From positions 4,187,361-4,251,360 of the forward strand of contig CM074805.1 of assembly GCA_037447605.1 (NCBI GenBank): a stretch of DNA of 64,000 nucleotides. The letters run 5' to 3'. Made by a program: the position numbers and the translations under genes. Of the stretch, positions 1 through 12,139 are shown piece by piece. This DNA is from Zygnema circumcarinatum SAG 698-1b. Its lineage: Eukaryota; Plantae; Zygnematophyceae. The notes below the pieces were generated by a model. The model saw only the letters and a program-made list of their open reading frames with translations. It searched no databases and was not told where the DNA came from. Within the stretch, counting starts at the first letter, position 1, and every line of letters starts with the position of its first letter.

Positions 1-152
1 GCAGTAAATATGAAATCTCTACTCGACTCACATTGCCTTATATTCAACGAATTTTACGAACTCCAGCTTTTCCTTGAAGAAAATGATTATATTGGCACCC
101 TTACCAGTTAACGAGCATGATAGGGACGTCGTTTATACATGACTCATCAAAC

Positions 153-201
153 TTTCCAGTGTTTGTCATCTTTGCAAACCAAAGATGACAAACACTGGAA
201 A
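153..201. repeat. Perfect 22-bp inverted repeat (hairpin) with 5-nt loop
   Basis: TTTCCAGTGTTTGTCATCTTTG (153-174), loop CAAAC, then the exact reverse complement CAAAGATGACAAACACTGGAAA (180-201). Confidence 0.9.
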
Positions 202-1580
202 TAGACATTAGTGTGTGAATTTATTGCCTGAGAGTCCTGATGGCCCTTGACACCCTAGAAATGCTTGCTCACCTGTTGCCATCACCCCGGGAGCTGCAGA
301 TTACCGAACATCACGATATGAGAGGGGACATCTACCGCTTCAGCGTATGTTTGGACTTTCCCGGCTCATCAAGCACGAGCTGGCTTGACTCTTAAGGGTA
401 TTTGTTTGAGACACAACTTCCTTTGAAATCTCTCATTCGCCTCTTCTTTCACCCCGCTTGACCTCGGCATCCAGAAGTCACAGTCCTAGCGTCTTTGCAA
501 TTCCCTGATGAGCAGGGAAAGGTTTCTTATAATGTATACTCTTTAATGGCTTAGACTGTGTTTTTTTGGGTTTTTGGGGCTGCAGATGGGCGATGGAGTG
601 GTCGTAAACCTTATGCGGACTGTGGGAGGTTCCATGCGTAGTGGTGACATGCACAACTGCACCCAATTCGATGTCCTTCTCCGCGGCCGTACACGCCTCT
701 TTCTCATGGTATGCCTCTTGGCCAGCAACCAGTCATTGAAACGTTTCAAATATCTTGTCGTGAAACCCTACCTCATGGTCAGTGCATTCGGCATGGACTT
801 TTTGACTGTGTAGGATTTGCACACTGGCAAGGAGGCAGTGCACGAGTACGGCGGTGAGCACGATTATATCGCCATTCCTCCACGGTACGTGCAGTCAGTT
901 CTACTGAATCCGTTACAGAATTTACCAACCCCCTTGTACACTTCTATGTCGTTTTGGCAGCCGATAAGACATCCCTCGATGAAGGGCCAGTTTTGGCCTT
1001 TCTCAACCGGGTGATGCTTGACCATGGCGAGACTTTTGTGGTGTCTCATAGAGCTGGCCAACTTGACTCCGCCACTTGTATGAGCAGTGCAGAAAGAAAA
1101 AAGGAGTAACTGCAATGCTTGCGATTCTAAAAGCAACCACAGTGTCCATCCTCTGGCCATGAGCTGCCTGTTCGGATTTCCATTTTTCTTCAGCAAATGC
1201 TGCCAATTTCCGCTATTCCATTAAGGAAAAAAGAATTTCAGTCACCCCTTTTTACCGTAAATGTGCAAGCTCGTGTTTTCACGTATCCAAATGGGCGATT
1301 TGTTGCTCGGAGTCGTCCTTCTGCTTGCATTTGGAATGACTGTGACAGGCGATTTGCATTGAGGGAAAACAGCTCAGCATTTGCCATTGCCTTAAGTTTC
1401 TGTCAGTGTTTTCTCGTTTATGGCTTGAATCCCTTTCTTTGAGGTGCTGCAGGGTGCCGCATTTATTTGAATTTGTCGAAGACAGTTTTGTGCTTGAGTG
1501 GTGGGCGTGCGAGTTCCATGCGTGGTGCGTTCCGTCTCCGTCCTGTTCCCGTTCGCATTCCTTCAATGACCTATTGAGCA

Positions 1581-1603
1581 TTAGGGTTTAGGGTTCAGGG
1601 TTT
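1581..1603 (+). repeat. Short telomere-like / telo-box repeat
   Basis: TTAGGGTTTAGGGTTCAGGGTTT: about 3 units of plant-type TTTAGGG, one of them variant. Confidence 0.7.
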
Positions 1604-3471
1604 GACCGGCCACCACCTCTCTCTACATCCCCCGCTTTGTTGAGGGTGCATGCTGTTGTTGTTGTTGTTGGTTTGGGAGGGATCTGGGACTCCATGTTGT
1701 GTTGCTCCGTTACCGTTCAGTTTCAGTTGTCACACTACAAAAGGATGCTGCCGTATGCCATGAGAGACCACATTCCTTCCTAAAACCCTATCCTTGTACC
1801 GGGCTGCTTGCGTGCAGGTATTACAAGCCGTATCGCGACATTATTCAAAAAGCGTTCGAAAAGGGCAACAAAAGAGAAGCGGAGGGGGGAGCTTGACTCG
1901 CCTCCGTTTGCATGTACATACATGATTTGTGGTATAGGAGGGAGCAGACGTGACGTGACGTGATGTGACGCCCATCCAGTCGTTTTTTTGTTGTTCTTGT
2001 TTGTTCAAGGAGCAACAAGTACTGCCCCTTGTCCCATTTCTAAGTGGCGACATCCAATAATAGGGCCACCATGCTCGTTCAAAGTTAAGCCCACAACTTC
2101 AAACTAGAGGTTGGCTCAACAAACCTACGGAGGGCAATTCCTAGCGCGTCGTTGCCTCGGGAGCTCTTTCGAAATTAGTACTCTTCACTCCGCTGGGGTT
2201 TATAACGCGGGAAACACGTTCTACTTCTGAATTGGAGTAGTCCCTGCTTTCCTGGTCAAGAGTGGCACGCCCTAGGCTAGGGCTGACGTTATGTCCGTAC
2301 AGGCAGCGGCATTACCGTACGTTACGACCCCACACCAGGCATCGTCAAATACGGGGTTTTTTTTGAAAAAGTCTTTTAAATACCGAGAATAAAACTCTAA
2401 AAGTCCCGAAAATAAAGCCGCCCTTCAATATGGAGAAAAAAAAAAACTACTGGGAGCGCGCCAGACGCATGGATGGCGAAACGAAGCGAAATAATGTCTG
2501 CCTGCCCGCCCATTGGCCTGCCTGCATGCTTCTCTGCCTGCCCGTTTTCAAGCCTGAAATGCTGGCAATGACGAGGGACAAGAGGTTGCTGAAGTTTTGA
2601 GCAGGCCACGAAGACAAGGTTGGTCTCAAGGGCACTGACTGCTCGTGCCTCGCAATCAGGCCTTGTGGTGGTTGCTTGTGTGGGCTGTTTCTGCCTCGTT
2701 TTTTTTTTCGTTCTTGGACCAGTGAGCCTTGGCTCGCGGCTGTGGAAAGCATAAGGGAAGCTGCGCTCTTGTGTGAAACTTCCAATATTATTTGAATCGA
2801 TTCAACTCTACAAAAGGATCAAATTTAGTCATTTTGTTAAAAATGACAACATGGGCCTGCCCCTCACGCTTTCCCATTTTCGCCTCCAGCGGACCATACA
2901 GTTTCCGCCGTACAGCCGCTTCGACTTTCCGGCGCTTCCGTACGAGCAAGAACCCAACCCTGTACGAATTATCCAAAAAACTGTACGGAATGAGCCGAAA
3001 CACGACAAAACCTTCCATCAGGCTACAGTTGCGGCGGCACTTTCTGACGTTCGCCAACCACGTGGTGACGCCTCCGTACGACATCCGTCGTGACACGTCG
3101 GAAATCCGTACGTCGTCCACGTGCCGTCACGTGAATGGCATCTCCCCCCGCCAGAACGTACGGCCCCATAACGGCCCGCGATTGAAATTTTCTGTTTTGT
3201 CACCCAACCAAACTTAGCCGTTGGAGGGCCCCTCCTGGCTGTACGGACGTGTCCCTCGAAGCTTCTGCCGGCCGCCCGGGCCTGCCCGGGCCAATCAGCG
3301 CGCGGCAATGCCCCGGAAACTGCGACGCTCCAGCTTAGAACGGGCCACGAACCGCGCTCGTCTTGACCCGCCGGGACCGGAAGAAGAAAAAACAGAAATT
3401 TCAATTGGATTTGTCCGTACAGAAATATCCGCAGTGAATATTCCTTCAGGTACAGTATGATGCCCTATTGG

Positions 3472-4355
3472 CAGGCCTCTTCAAATAGGGGAGATCCCCT
3501 AAATATCGTAAATAGCTTATTTATGTAAGATTTTGAGATTAGTTTACGTGATTTCAACTTAAATACCACACAAGCCCCAAAAAAGCATTTTTTTGGTTAA
3601 AAACAAAAAGGAAATGAATTGCATTTGCAACCACGATAGCAATGATGTATATGAACTTTACTTGTTGGTATAACAACACGGCTTTAGAAACTGGTGCAAC
3701 CTCTTCGACTCTTATAGATTGGTAAATTTTACCAATCAATTAGAACAACTGTGCATTTGGCAATCACAACATATAGTTGCTTATTCAAAAACCCAATTGC
3801 ACTGAAACTTTGTAGATCCAATCCTAAGCTCTCTATTTCCTTTTCCGTCCATCATTAATTACTCCAAGTATCAACTTAGAATCCATCATAGTCTTGAAAT
3901 TTTCTCACAAAACTCTATTCCAAATCATAACCTCTGAAATTCTAGGTGTAGTCACAAAAGAAAAACTGAAATAGGAACTAAAATTAGAAATGAAATGAAA
4001 AATGGTCTCACTCCCTTAGGAGTTTTAGGCTGATCAAGAAAGCTATAGAAGTGATGCAAACTACTCAAAGAGACCCTCGAAGAGCGGTCAAACTATCAAA
4101 CTGTTTGCAGTGAAGAATGCCTTCCAATGAAAAGTCTGTCAACCTCTTTCGAAACTCGTCTTTCTCCCATCCAATTACTGAAAAATCAGACTCGACGGTA
4201 GCAGTGTTGGGAAATGATGAAGCAAGGTCTCCACAAAATTCTCGTCCGTACGTGCACGGTTTCGTCCGTACAGTCCATATTTACGTGTTTTTACAAAACC
4301 AAGTTAGGGGACAGTCCCCTATCTTAAGCCGATCTCCCCTATTTGAAGAGGCCTG
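3472..4355. mobile_element. Non-autonomous hAT-type DNA transposon (884 bp)
   Basis: Perfect 25-bp TIRs: CAGGCCTCTTCAAATAGGGGAGATC (3472-3496) and GATCTCCCCTATTTGAAGAGGCCTG (4331-4355). Identical 8-bp flanks CCTATTGG at 3464-3471 and 4356-4363. An 8-bp TSD with a CAG-starting TIR is typical of hAT. The interior is AT-rich with no transposase ORF. Confidence 0.85.
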
Positions 4356-4363
4356 CCTATTGG

Positions 4364-5135
4364 CCATTGTACGAATTGTACGGTATGCCCGCCCATTGCG
4401 CTGTCCGTACGTATTCGTACCCTGGCGTGCCTAAATCTCGTCAACAGAATCAGCACTCGCTTATACCCCATTTGTAACCTTTCCAAAAATCCCCTCGGAC
4501 TGGCCCCGCCGCAAACTGGGAAACCCGCGTGCTAGCAGTGGCCCACATCCCGCTCCTTCCAGCAGGCTTGGGCCGTCCGTACACTCCGCCTCTCCGTACT
4601 GTACCGTACTGTAACTCCCTCACGTTGTACAGCGACGCCTCCAAAAGAATTCACTGCCGTACGAAATCGTCGCGAACGAGCCCAGAACAAATGTATCGCC
4701 CGTGTTCATATCCCGTCAAACCAACTGTAGATTGCCACGTGTCACAACGGGCAAAAAATGTTTCTATGATAAGTTCTAGACCCATTTCTTTTATGGCCCC
4801 TACGATTCGGCTCGCCTGCCCTCTACATTTCCAGCAGTGCCCATTCCCAAGTCCGTACAAATTCACGCATCCGTACAATACAAGTGCCGACAGGAGAGCG
4901 GCCCTGCGACCGCCAGCCGTGCGACCGGCCAACGACGCGCGCTGACTGGCGGACGAGACGCCTGCGACGTACGGTGACGAAGTTCTGAAGTGCAATGTGC
5001 CAATGTTAAGTTGGAGTGGTACGAACGTACCACATGTACGGACGACGCATAAGACAAGTACGTTAGCGTACTTCTTGGGGAGGTTACAGTACGGCTATGT
5101 ACCTTCTGAGGTACAACTGTACGAATACCGTACAT
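4364..5135. promoter_or_regulatory. GTAC/CCGTAC-dense tract upstream of GLK
   Basis: About 25 GTAC 4-mers counted in 4240-5135, many as CCGTAC or CGTACG, versus 3-4 expected by chance. Function is inferred only. Confidence 0.4.
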
Positions 5136-5458
5136 TGACCTAACACTTGGCCTTCCCATCCAACAAAAAAAACTTCCTGCCCGTCCCAAAAAGCCTTTCC
5201 AACCTTTCCCCCGCCCAGGACGTTTCTAGACCCCACCTCCTCGAACATCCACCGTCCGATCTACCATCCGACGGCTGTCGCATCCCCAGGATATTTTCCC
5301 CAGGCGGGCAGGCGGCGGTCCCGAGTCTGTGGGCCACACCTTAAATTTCAGCTGCCCGGCACCGCCCGTGGGCGGGCCCATATCCGCCCGGCCCCTCAGC
5401 GCTCCTGCGACCGCCCCCAAAGCTTGCAGCGGCGACACGTGTCGTGTGCAGGGCAGCC

Positions 5459-8291
5459 ATGGCCGGGGCCGCAGCCACTGCTTCAGCAACAGTGTCTGTC
5501 TCCATGGGGGGAGCTTCACAATGTGCGTCAATGGGGGCGCAGGGGGAAGCCATGGCGGGGTTTGTGCCGAGGAGGGCAAGGAGGAGGGTGCAGGGAGAGA
5601 GGGGAGGGAAAGGGGAGAAGCTGCAGCAGCAGTTGCAGGCCATGGCGGCGTCTCCGCCTGTGTCGGGGCTGTCGGTGGAGAAGCAAGAGGAGGAGGAAGT
5701 CCTGGAAGCCATGGCTTTTCGGAGGGCGAGCTCGGGGAAGGAGGGCGCTGCAGAGCGGAGCAGTATAGGGCAGGAGGAAGAGAGAGAGAGGCATACGGAG
5801 GAAGAAGACGAAGAAGAAGAGGAAGAGGAAGAAGAGGTGGAGCTGCGGGCCATGGTGGGAGAGCGAGACTTGATGGAGAATCATCCCCGCTCTGTGAAGA
5901 AGGAGATGGAGGAGATTTTGGACGACGTGGCGTTGAGCTTGGGGACTGTCGTGGATTCCGACACGTGTTCGGTGGCAGATGCAGGCGCGCACGACCTCCT
6001 CTCATGGCCCGACTCAGCCCTCGACTTCTCGCTGGACTCGCTGGGCGGGGGCGAAGTGCACGACATTGAGCTGACGGAGGAGGATGCGCTTCTCCTGGGA
6101 GGCATGCAGGCGGAGGGGGTGGAGGAGATGGAACAGCAGCACATGCAGGGGATGATGCAGAGAGGAGGGGGAGGGGGGGAGGAGGAAAGTGCAGTCACGC
6201 AGAGCGTGGAGGGAGGAAGGGGGCAGGAGGGCGGGCTAGGAGAGGAGGAGAGCGGGGGCAATGGGAAGGGCAACAAAACAGCCCCGGGCAGGAGAAAGAT
6301 GAAGGTCAGAAGCCCTGCAAGCGCTTCTAATACTCCTACTTTTGCTACTAGTGCGCCTCTTGTTGCTCCTTACAGGAAAAGGATTGTTTCTTGAAAATGT
6401 GGGCAAATTCCTGTACATTTTATTTTGAATGTGTGGGATCTGACGGGCTAATGGATGGCTGCATTGTCAGGTGGACTGGACTCCCGAGTTGCACAGGAGA
6501 TTCGTCCAGGCGGTGGAGCAGCTTGGGGTGGAGAAGGCCATTCCTTCGCGGATTCTGGAGCTCATGGGCGTCCAATGCCTCACTCGCCACAACATAGCCA
6601 GCCACCTGCAGGTCTGCTCTCACTCTCACGTCTTAGCTCCACATGCAGTCTCACGCCTCTTCACTTTCGTGGGCATATGCTCATGCAACTGCGATTCCCG
6701 CAGTCTCTTCTCACAGTTACAAAGGATATTAGGCAGCCAGAAAGGTAGATACGTAGACAGATAGATGGATTGATGGATATATGGATAGGTCTGCAGGAAA
6801 GCTCAAGGCTGCTTTGGGGCTTGCAGAAGTACCGCTCGCATCGGAGGCATTTGATTGCCCGCGAAGCAGAGGCTGCTACGTGGCACCAGAGAAGACCCTT
6901 AGATCCCTCCGCCTGGTCCAGAATGAGGCGAGATGGAAGCTCATGGGTCCACCCATCCCACACCGCCCCTCCCCGCATTCAGCCGCGCCCTACCTTGGGC
7001 CTCCCGCAGCTTCAGCCGCACCCCTCTCCTCCCATAGGACACCCCATCTCTCACCCTCCTGCTCCTCCCGCTGTAGGGATGCCTCTTTATGTGTGGGGCC
7101 ATCCCACGGTGGACCATTCTCCGGCTCACATGTGGCAGCAGCCGCCTCCGACATGGTATGCTCCGGATGGCATGTGGCAGTATCCCATGGTGAGGGCAGC
7201 TTTCTCCCCTTCTCCTTTTCCCCCTCCTCTCGTCTCCCAACACTCTTCTTGCTTCAAGCTGCCAAGGTTCCGTGCAGTCCCTTCCAGGGTAGGCCCATTG
7301 ACGTTAGGGGAATAACAGTGAAGAGAAAATGCTCAGAAGTTTCAGACTTCTCAAGCGCAATTTTCTTATAGGATGATTGGGTTGTGTTGTCCACAGACTT
7401 CCATGGATGCCTCGTGGGGACATCCGTCAGGAGCAGTGCAAGGCACCCCATGCTTTTCGCAGCAGGTTCCGGTGAGTCCACACCTCTTGGAAACTTTTCA
7501 GAGTGGTTAGCTTCCTACGCTTCCTACGCTTCGTAATCACAGCCCCCCGTCTCTACTTCCCTTTCCCCCCTCCCCCCCCCCAACCCCCCCCCACAAACTA
7601 TTTGCAGTCTTTTGAGAGTGCTCCGACACCAAGCACAAGACTTGAAGTTGTTTGGATTGTAGTTCGATTCGGTGCACGTTTTATGTCAGAGGAAGTGAGT
7701 GCATGTGAGCGTGTGGCTGTGCAGAGGTTGATGAGCGCCCCTTCCGTAGTCTGTGGATCGTCCTCCTTCCTTCCATCAGCAATGCTGGGAGGGGTCATGG
7801 GCGGGGAGAGCCTCCTCTGCGATGATGTGCTGAATGAGCCGCTCTATTCGTCTCTTGCGGACGATTTCGACCTCTTCATAGAGCCGGGAGATGAGCCTTT
7901 CAGCACGTCAGGAGATGTGAGGCGCCCCCTCCCTTGTTTCTCCCCCTCTTCTTATCCCTCGCTCTGTGACTGCTTCCTTCTTTCTTTTCTTCCGTTTGTC
8001 TCCTTGCTTATGGGGTAAGCTAGGTCACGATGAGTAGCAAGAGCGAGAGTATATGCTCGCTGAACCCCCTCTCTCTCTCTCTCACGTTCTCTGTGAACTG
8101 TGGAGTGTAAGCAGGCCTCACGGAGCATTCTGGATGAAGCGATCAGCAAAGCGCTCGCGGATCCTCTCACTCCTCTCCCGTTGGGTCTGAAGCCTCCCTC
8201 CATGGAGAAGGTGATGGCAGAGCTTCAGCGGCAGGGGATCACTACTGCTGCGCCTCTCTCCCCGCAACAGCCTGCTCCTGTGGCAGCGTAG
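5459..8291 (+). CDS. GLK: GOLDEN2-LIKE GARP/MYB-related transcription factor (about 597 aa, 6 exons)
   Basis: Exons 5459-6304, 6471-6611, 6827-7189, 7397-7471, 7725-7916 and 8115-8291 are all GT-AG and in frame. Features: acidic N-terminus; GARP domain [59 protein letters not shown]; AREAEAATW motif; C-terminal GCT box [38 protein letters not shown]. The start codon and exon 5 limits are less certain. Confidence 0.95.
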
Positions 8292-9554
8292 AGAGAGAGG
8301 TGTAGAGGTAGAGGGAGAGAGCGCGCGAGAGAGAGGGTGGGGCAGAGTGATCTGTCTGTGCAGGTGAATCATTATCTTTGTTTGCATTCTTATTTATTTC
8401 CTCTTTGCATAGAGATATAAGCAGTGACCTGTTCCGGGTCAAGTAGCGCATTTCCCCGCAGAGACTGTACATGCCGCCAGCTGGCGTGTTGCTGCAGTGT
8501 GGGGCAGCAGAATATGAGAGCAGGAGCCTACTTCCACGCAGCAGAAAAACGCTAAAAAGAGAAAGAGAGAAGAGTGAAAAAGAGGGCGAGAGTGAGAGAG
8601 GGAGAGAGAGAGAGTGGTAGAGAGGGCGAGAGTGGGAGAGGGAGAGAGAGAGAGAGAGAGTGGTAGAGAGAGAGAGAGAGAGGGGAGCTGATCAGCTCTC
8701 GAGGTTAGCCGAGGAACAAAGGCAGGCAGTGAAGGATAGATATGGATGGCTCGGCAGGCTGTGACAAAGTAGGGCGAAAGAATGGCCTTGTGGACATAGC
8801 GGGGGTTAGATCGCAGTTTTGTCCAGAAGCTGCTCCGTAAGGTGGCGGTTTCTATGTAGCATCCGTTAGACATGGCGGCCTCCGGACGGATTTGGAGCAT
8901 GGCACGGGACAGCATCATCTGGGAGGGGCGGAGGATGACAGGCGCCAAAGAAATCAGACGACAATCCAATGACAGGAGGGAAGGTGAGGAGGAGAGGATG
9001 TGAGGGTGAGTGAGGGAGGAGAGAGAGGGGGGAGAGCAGCGAGAGGGAGACACTGCTGTGTATAAGAAAAATGCTCTTCCGCTAGAAGAGAAGTTTTGTC
9101 AACTCACACCATCACTTGATGTGGCGTAAAATTTTGTCAATACACATTTTTACGGAGAAGCAGCGCGTTGTGGGGTGCTTGGTTTTCTGTTCGATTCGGC
9201 TTGGAAGCTCCTAAGGCCTCTTGCACCTTCAGCATGTATGCATGTTGCCATAGAGCCAGCTCCTTTATGTGCTTTGCCTCTTTATGTAATGGGTGTCGAC
9301 CTGTGAGTTGGAGAGACTGGCTGCCGCCGAGGCGCGGGGTCGTGAACGGAAACAGTGAACGGGAGCAGTGAGCAGAAAAGCTGCAAAGCGTTTTGTAACA
9401 TATTGCGAATGTTAGAGAAGTGGAGGAGGCAAACAGCGCAAGTGCCGTACAGGCCAAAACTAAAGGCAAGGCTGGACATGCTCGAGCTTACTCCGCCTCG
9501 CTGGCGATGTCGACATCCATGGCATCATGATAGCGATGGTGATGGGCGCCCGGT

Positions 9555-9623
9555 CATGCCATGCTATGCACTGCCATGCATGCCATACATGCCATGCCCT
9601 GCCACGCCATGCCATGCCATGCC
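9555..9623. repeat. Degenerate (CATGC)n array
   Basis: CATGCCATGCTATGCACTGCCATGCATGCCATACATGCCATGCC... in the intergenic region after GLK. Confidence 0.7.
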
Positions 9624-10919
9624 GCGCTGCCGGAGCCCTCCATTATTTGCGCCATTAAAGGAGGCTCAAAATTATTGGCATGATTTCACGGGGCCGTACA
9701 GCAACATCCGCGTCCTGTTTGTCGTTTCTGTGGTTTCGGAGACTTCGAGATTCACGGTCTGCCGGCGGCCGGTCACCAAATACGACGAACAGTGATTCGT
9801 ACAAGTTTCGTACGGCCGCACATCGCAACGGTCGGAACAGCGTCCTTCGACCGTACAGCTCACAAAATTTTCGTCGCAAAAAGCAAACTTCCGAAAATTG
9901 CGGCCAATCAGAGCCGCCCATCCGAAAGAAAAACAATTATGCTTTTTTCCTCTGCCCGATGCAACTTCTAACCCCTTTCACTATGCGAGCTGGCCTTTTC
10001 CAATGGAAAAATGCCACGCGTATATAATGTACACGTGCCAGGCTCCCATTGGGTAATGGCGCAATAACAGTCCCCTGCGACGTCACCGGCGGGCCCGTTT
10101 GGGTCCCTAACCGACACCCCTTGCGGATAGCCGCCAACGCGGGCGCTAGCCGACATCTAATATGTCGGTGCGCCTTCGCGGCATTGTACGGTTTGTTGAG
10201 CACGCGCGCAGGCGCAAATCTATGCGTCGGCCACGTGACGTTCTGCGAGTGGCGGCCGCGATTCGGTCACGTGAAGGTGCTGACAGGCTGACGTGGCGCC
10301 TCCACTCGGAGGGCGACAGCTGTCGCGTGGCGCGCTGTCTGCGGGAGCGCGAGCGGCGGCCAGAAGCGACGTGAGGTGACAGCGAGGAGCGCCGTATGAA
10401 CAGAATCATGGGCCGTACAAACGGACCGTACGGACAGATCTCTCACGAGTCGGGGATCAAGCGCAGACGTGACGTGACGTACAATACTACGTTTTAGGGC
10501 CACGTCACTTTCTTGTGAAGTGTTTTTTTTTTTTTTAATATATTTGGGGGTGCGATTCATGGTCCAACTTTGTTCCAACTTCTGAATGGTTGGCTGACGT
10601 AGTTGACATTTTTGCTGAGGTCATCTCGCACGTGCGTACGTTGAATGAGCACCATTCGAAATTTAGGTCTCGCTGTCGTACCCGAATAAAAACATGGGGT
10701 AAACCCACAAATTCATTTCTTACCACCGGATCACCGTCACGTGGCACTTTAGGCTCCTCACTCCACGGTGTCCGCGACTCCGATTGGATTTGAGGTTACG
10801 CGAGCCACCACGTGGATACCACGTGGCTCCCTCCCGTTGGCCCTAGAGCCCATCCGGCTTCCCCCCGCCCGATCCAGCCGGCTCGCTCGCTCGCTCGTAC
10901 GGACGGACCAGCCGGCGAT

Positions 10920-11044
10920 TTCTAGGGTTTTTCTAGGGTTTTTAGGTTTTTAGGTTTCAGGGTTTCAGGGCTTAACGTTTCTAGGGTTTTTTGGCTTGTA
11001 GGGTCTTTAGGGTTTCTAGGGTTTTTAGGGTTTTCAGGTTTTTG
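10920..11044 (+). repeat. Degenerate interstitial telomere-like array (TAGGGTTT variants)
   Basis: Runs such as CTAGGGTTTTTCTAGGGTTTTTAGGTTTTTAGGTTTCAGGGTTTCAGGG, G-rich on the + strand. Confidence 0.75.
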
Positions 11045-12139
11045 GGAGGCGCCGCGGCTAGAAAACTTGGTTGCTGAGTTGCAAACTCGCGCCGGACTCG
11101 GTTTGCGGCCACGCCACGTCAGCAGGGGACCGGTAGGCGCACCTGCAAGGCTTCGCATGGCCCAATGGCCGTGCGTCACGTGGCAATTAAGAATATTGTT
11201 TCATGGTGTTATTCGTAAATATTTGTATCGGCAAATATCGTCTGTATATGTATCGAGCTGATCGTTTCACGATATACTGGAATATATCGTTTGGTGGTGC
11301 ATTGGCTGGTATTGGCAATGAATGGTTGTTTGGTCGCGAACCAATGGTTGGAACGAGGATGTACGGACCGAATCCGCTGAAAACCAATCAGGGATTGCCT
11401 ACAGGTTGTGCTGACTCGGCCTGGCACCACGTGGCATTCCTGTACGGTAGTCATTTTTGCAGGCCCTGTTTTTCAGAATCTCCCCATGACAAAAAGTGAC
11501 CAAAACTGGTCCTTATAAATTCATAAAAAATTGTGAATTTCAATTACAGAAATTTCCAATGAGCACTCACTCACTCTGGTCGGTGAAAAAAAAGTCTTGG
11601 ACGAGTGAAAAGGTGAAGAGTGGGACAGGAAATGGCATCGTCACCTCACGATGGCGAAGCCATCAACATGTACATGGACAAAATCAAGATAGGGAACCAA
11701 AGGAAACGGTCACAAAGGATCTAAGGAGAAAAGAGTGAACCGAGAAGCTCCCGAAAAATAATTCATCGCTTTGTGGGTTCGTTCGCTTTCTGCTAAACGT
11801 AACTGTAAATACTTTTTGGTAATTAGAATCCTCTCATTCCCAAAATGTTACTGAAGTTGCATTCGTACGCCGACCGCTGCCCGAGCATGTGCTCGCAAGT
11901 GAGCACGATCTGTAAACGAATTTGTAAGTGTTTGTTCGCAGATTTGGCCCGATAAAGTTTTCCCTCGACAATCAAAGTCAAGCATTATTGAGCTCTGCCA
12001 GGCGGCCATAGCACCATGGCCTCGTGGGAGCAGCCCATACTGGAGGACTATTGACTCGGCCAACAGTATCTATACAATGAGATTCGTTGTGAAGGCGCTC
12101 CCAAGCACTTCCTGCCCCATCTTGAATCCCAGACAGCAC

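Noticed and set aside
1-1581. Several 60-110 aa minus-strand ORFs that look like a decayed transposon or a truncated gene
   Set aside because: No recognisable domain motif and no consistent exon chain could be built by hand, so the region is left unassigned.
2045-3460. Possible host transposon around the hAT insertion
   Set aside because: No TIR, TSD, LTR or Helitron termini could be identified; only the GTAC enrichment is supported.
5226-6069. Long overlapping ORFs (259 aa on -, 246 aa on +)
   Set aside because: They are shadows of the GC-rich, low-complexity GLK exon 1.
9643-10067. Imperfect 14-15 bp inverted repeat (TTATTTGCGCCATTA / TAATGGCGCAATAA)
   Set aside because: It is short, contains an indel and has no matching target-site duplication.
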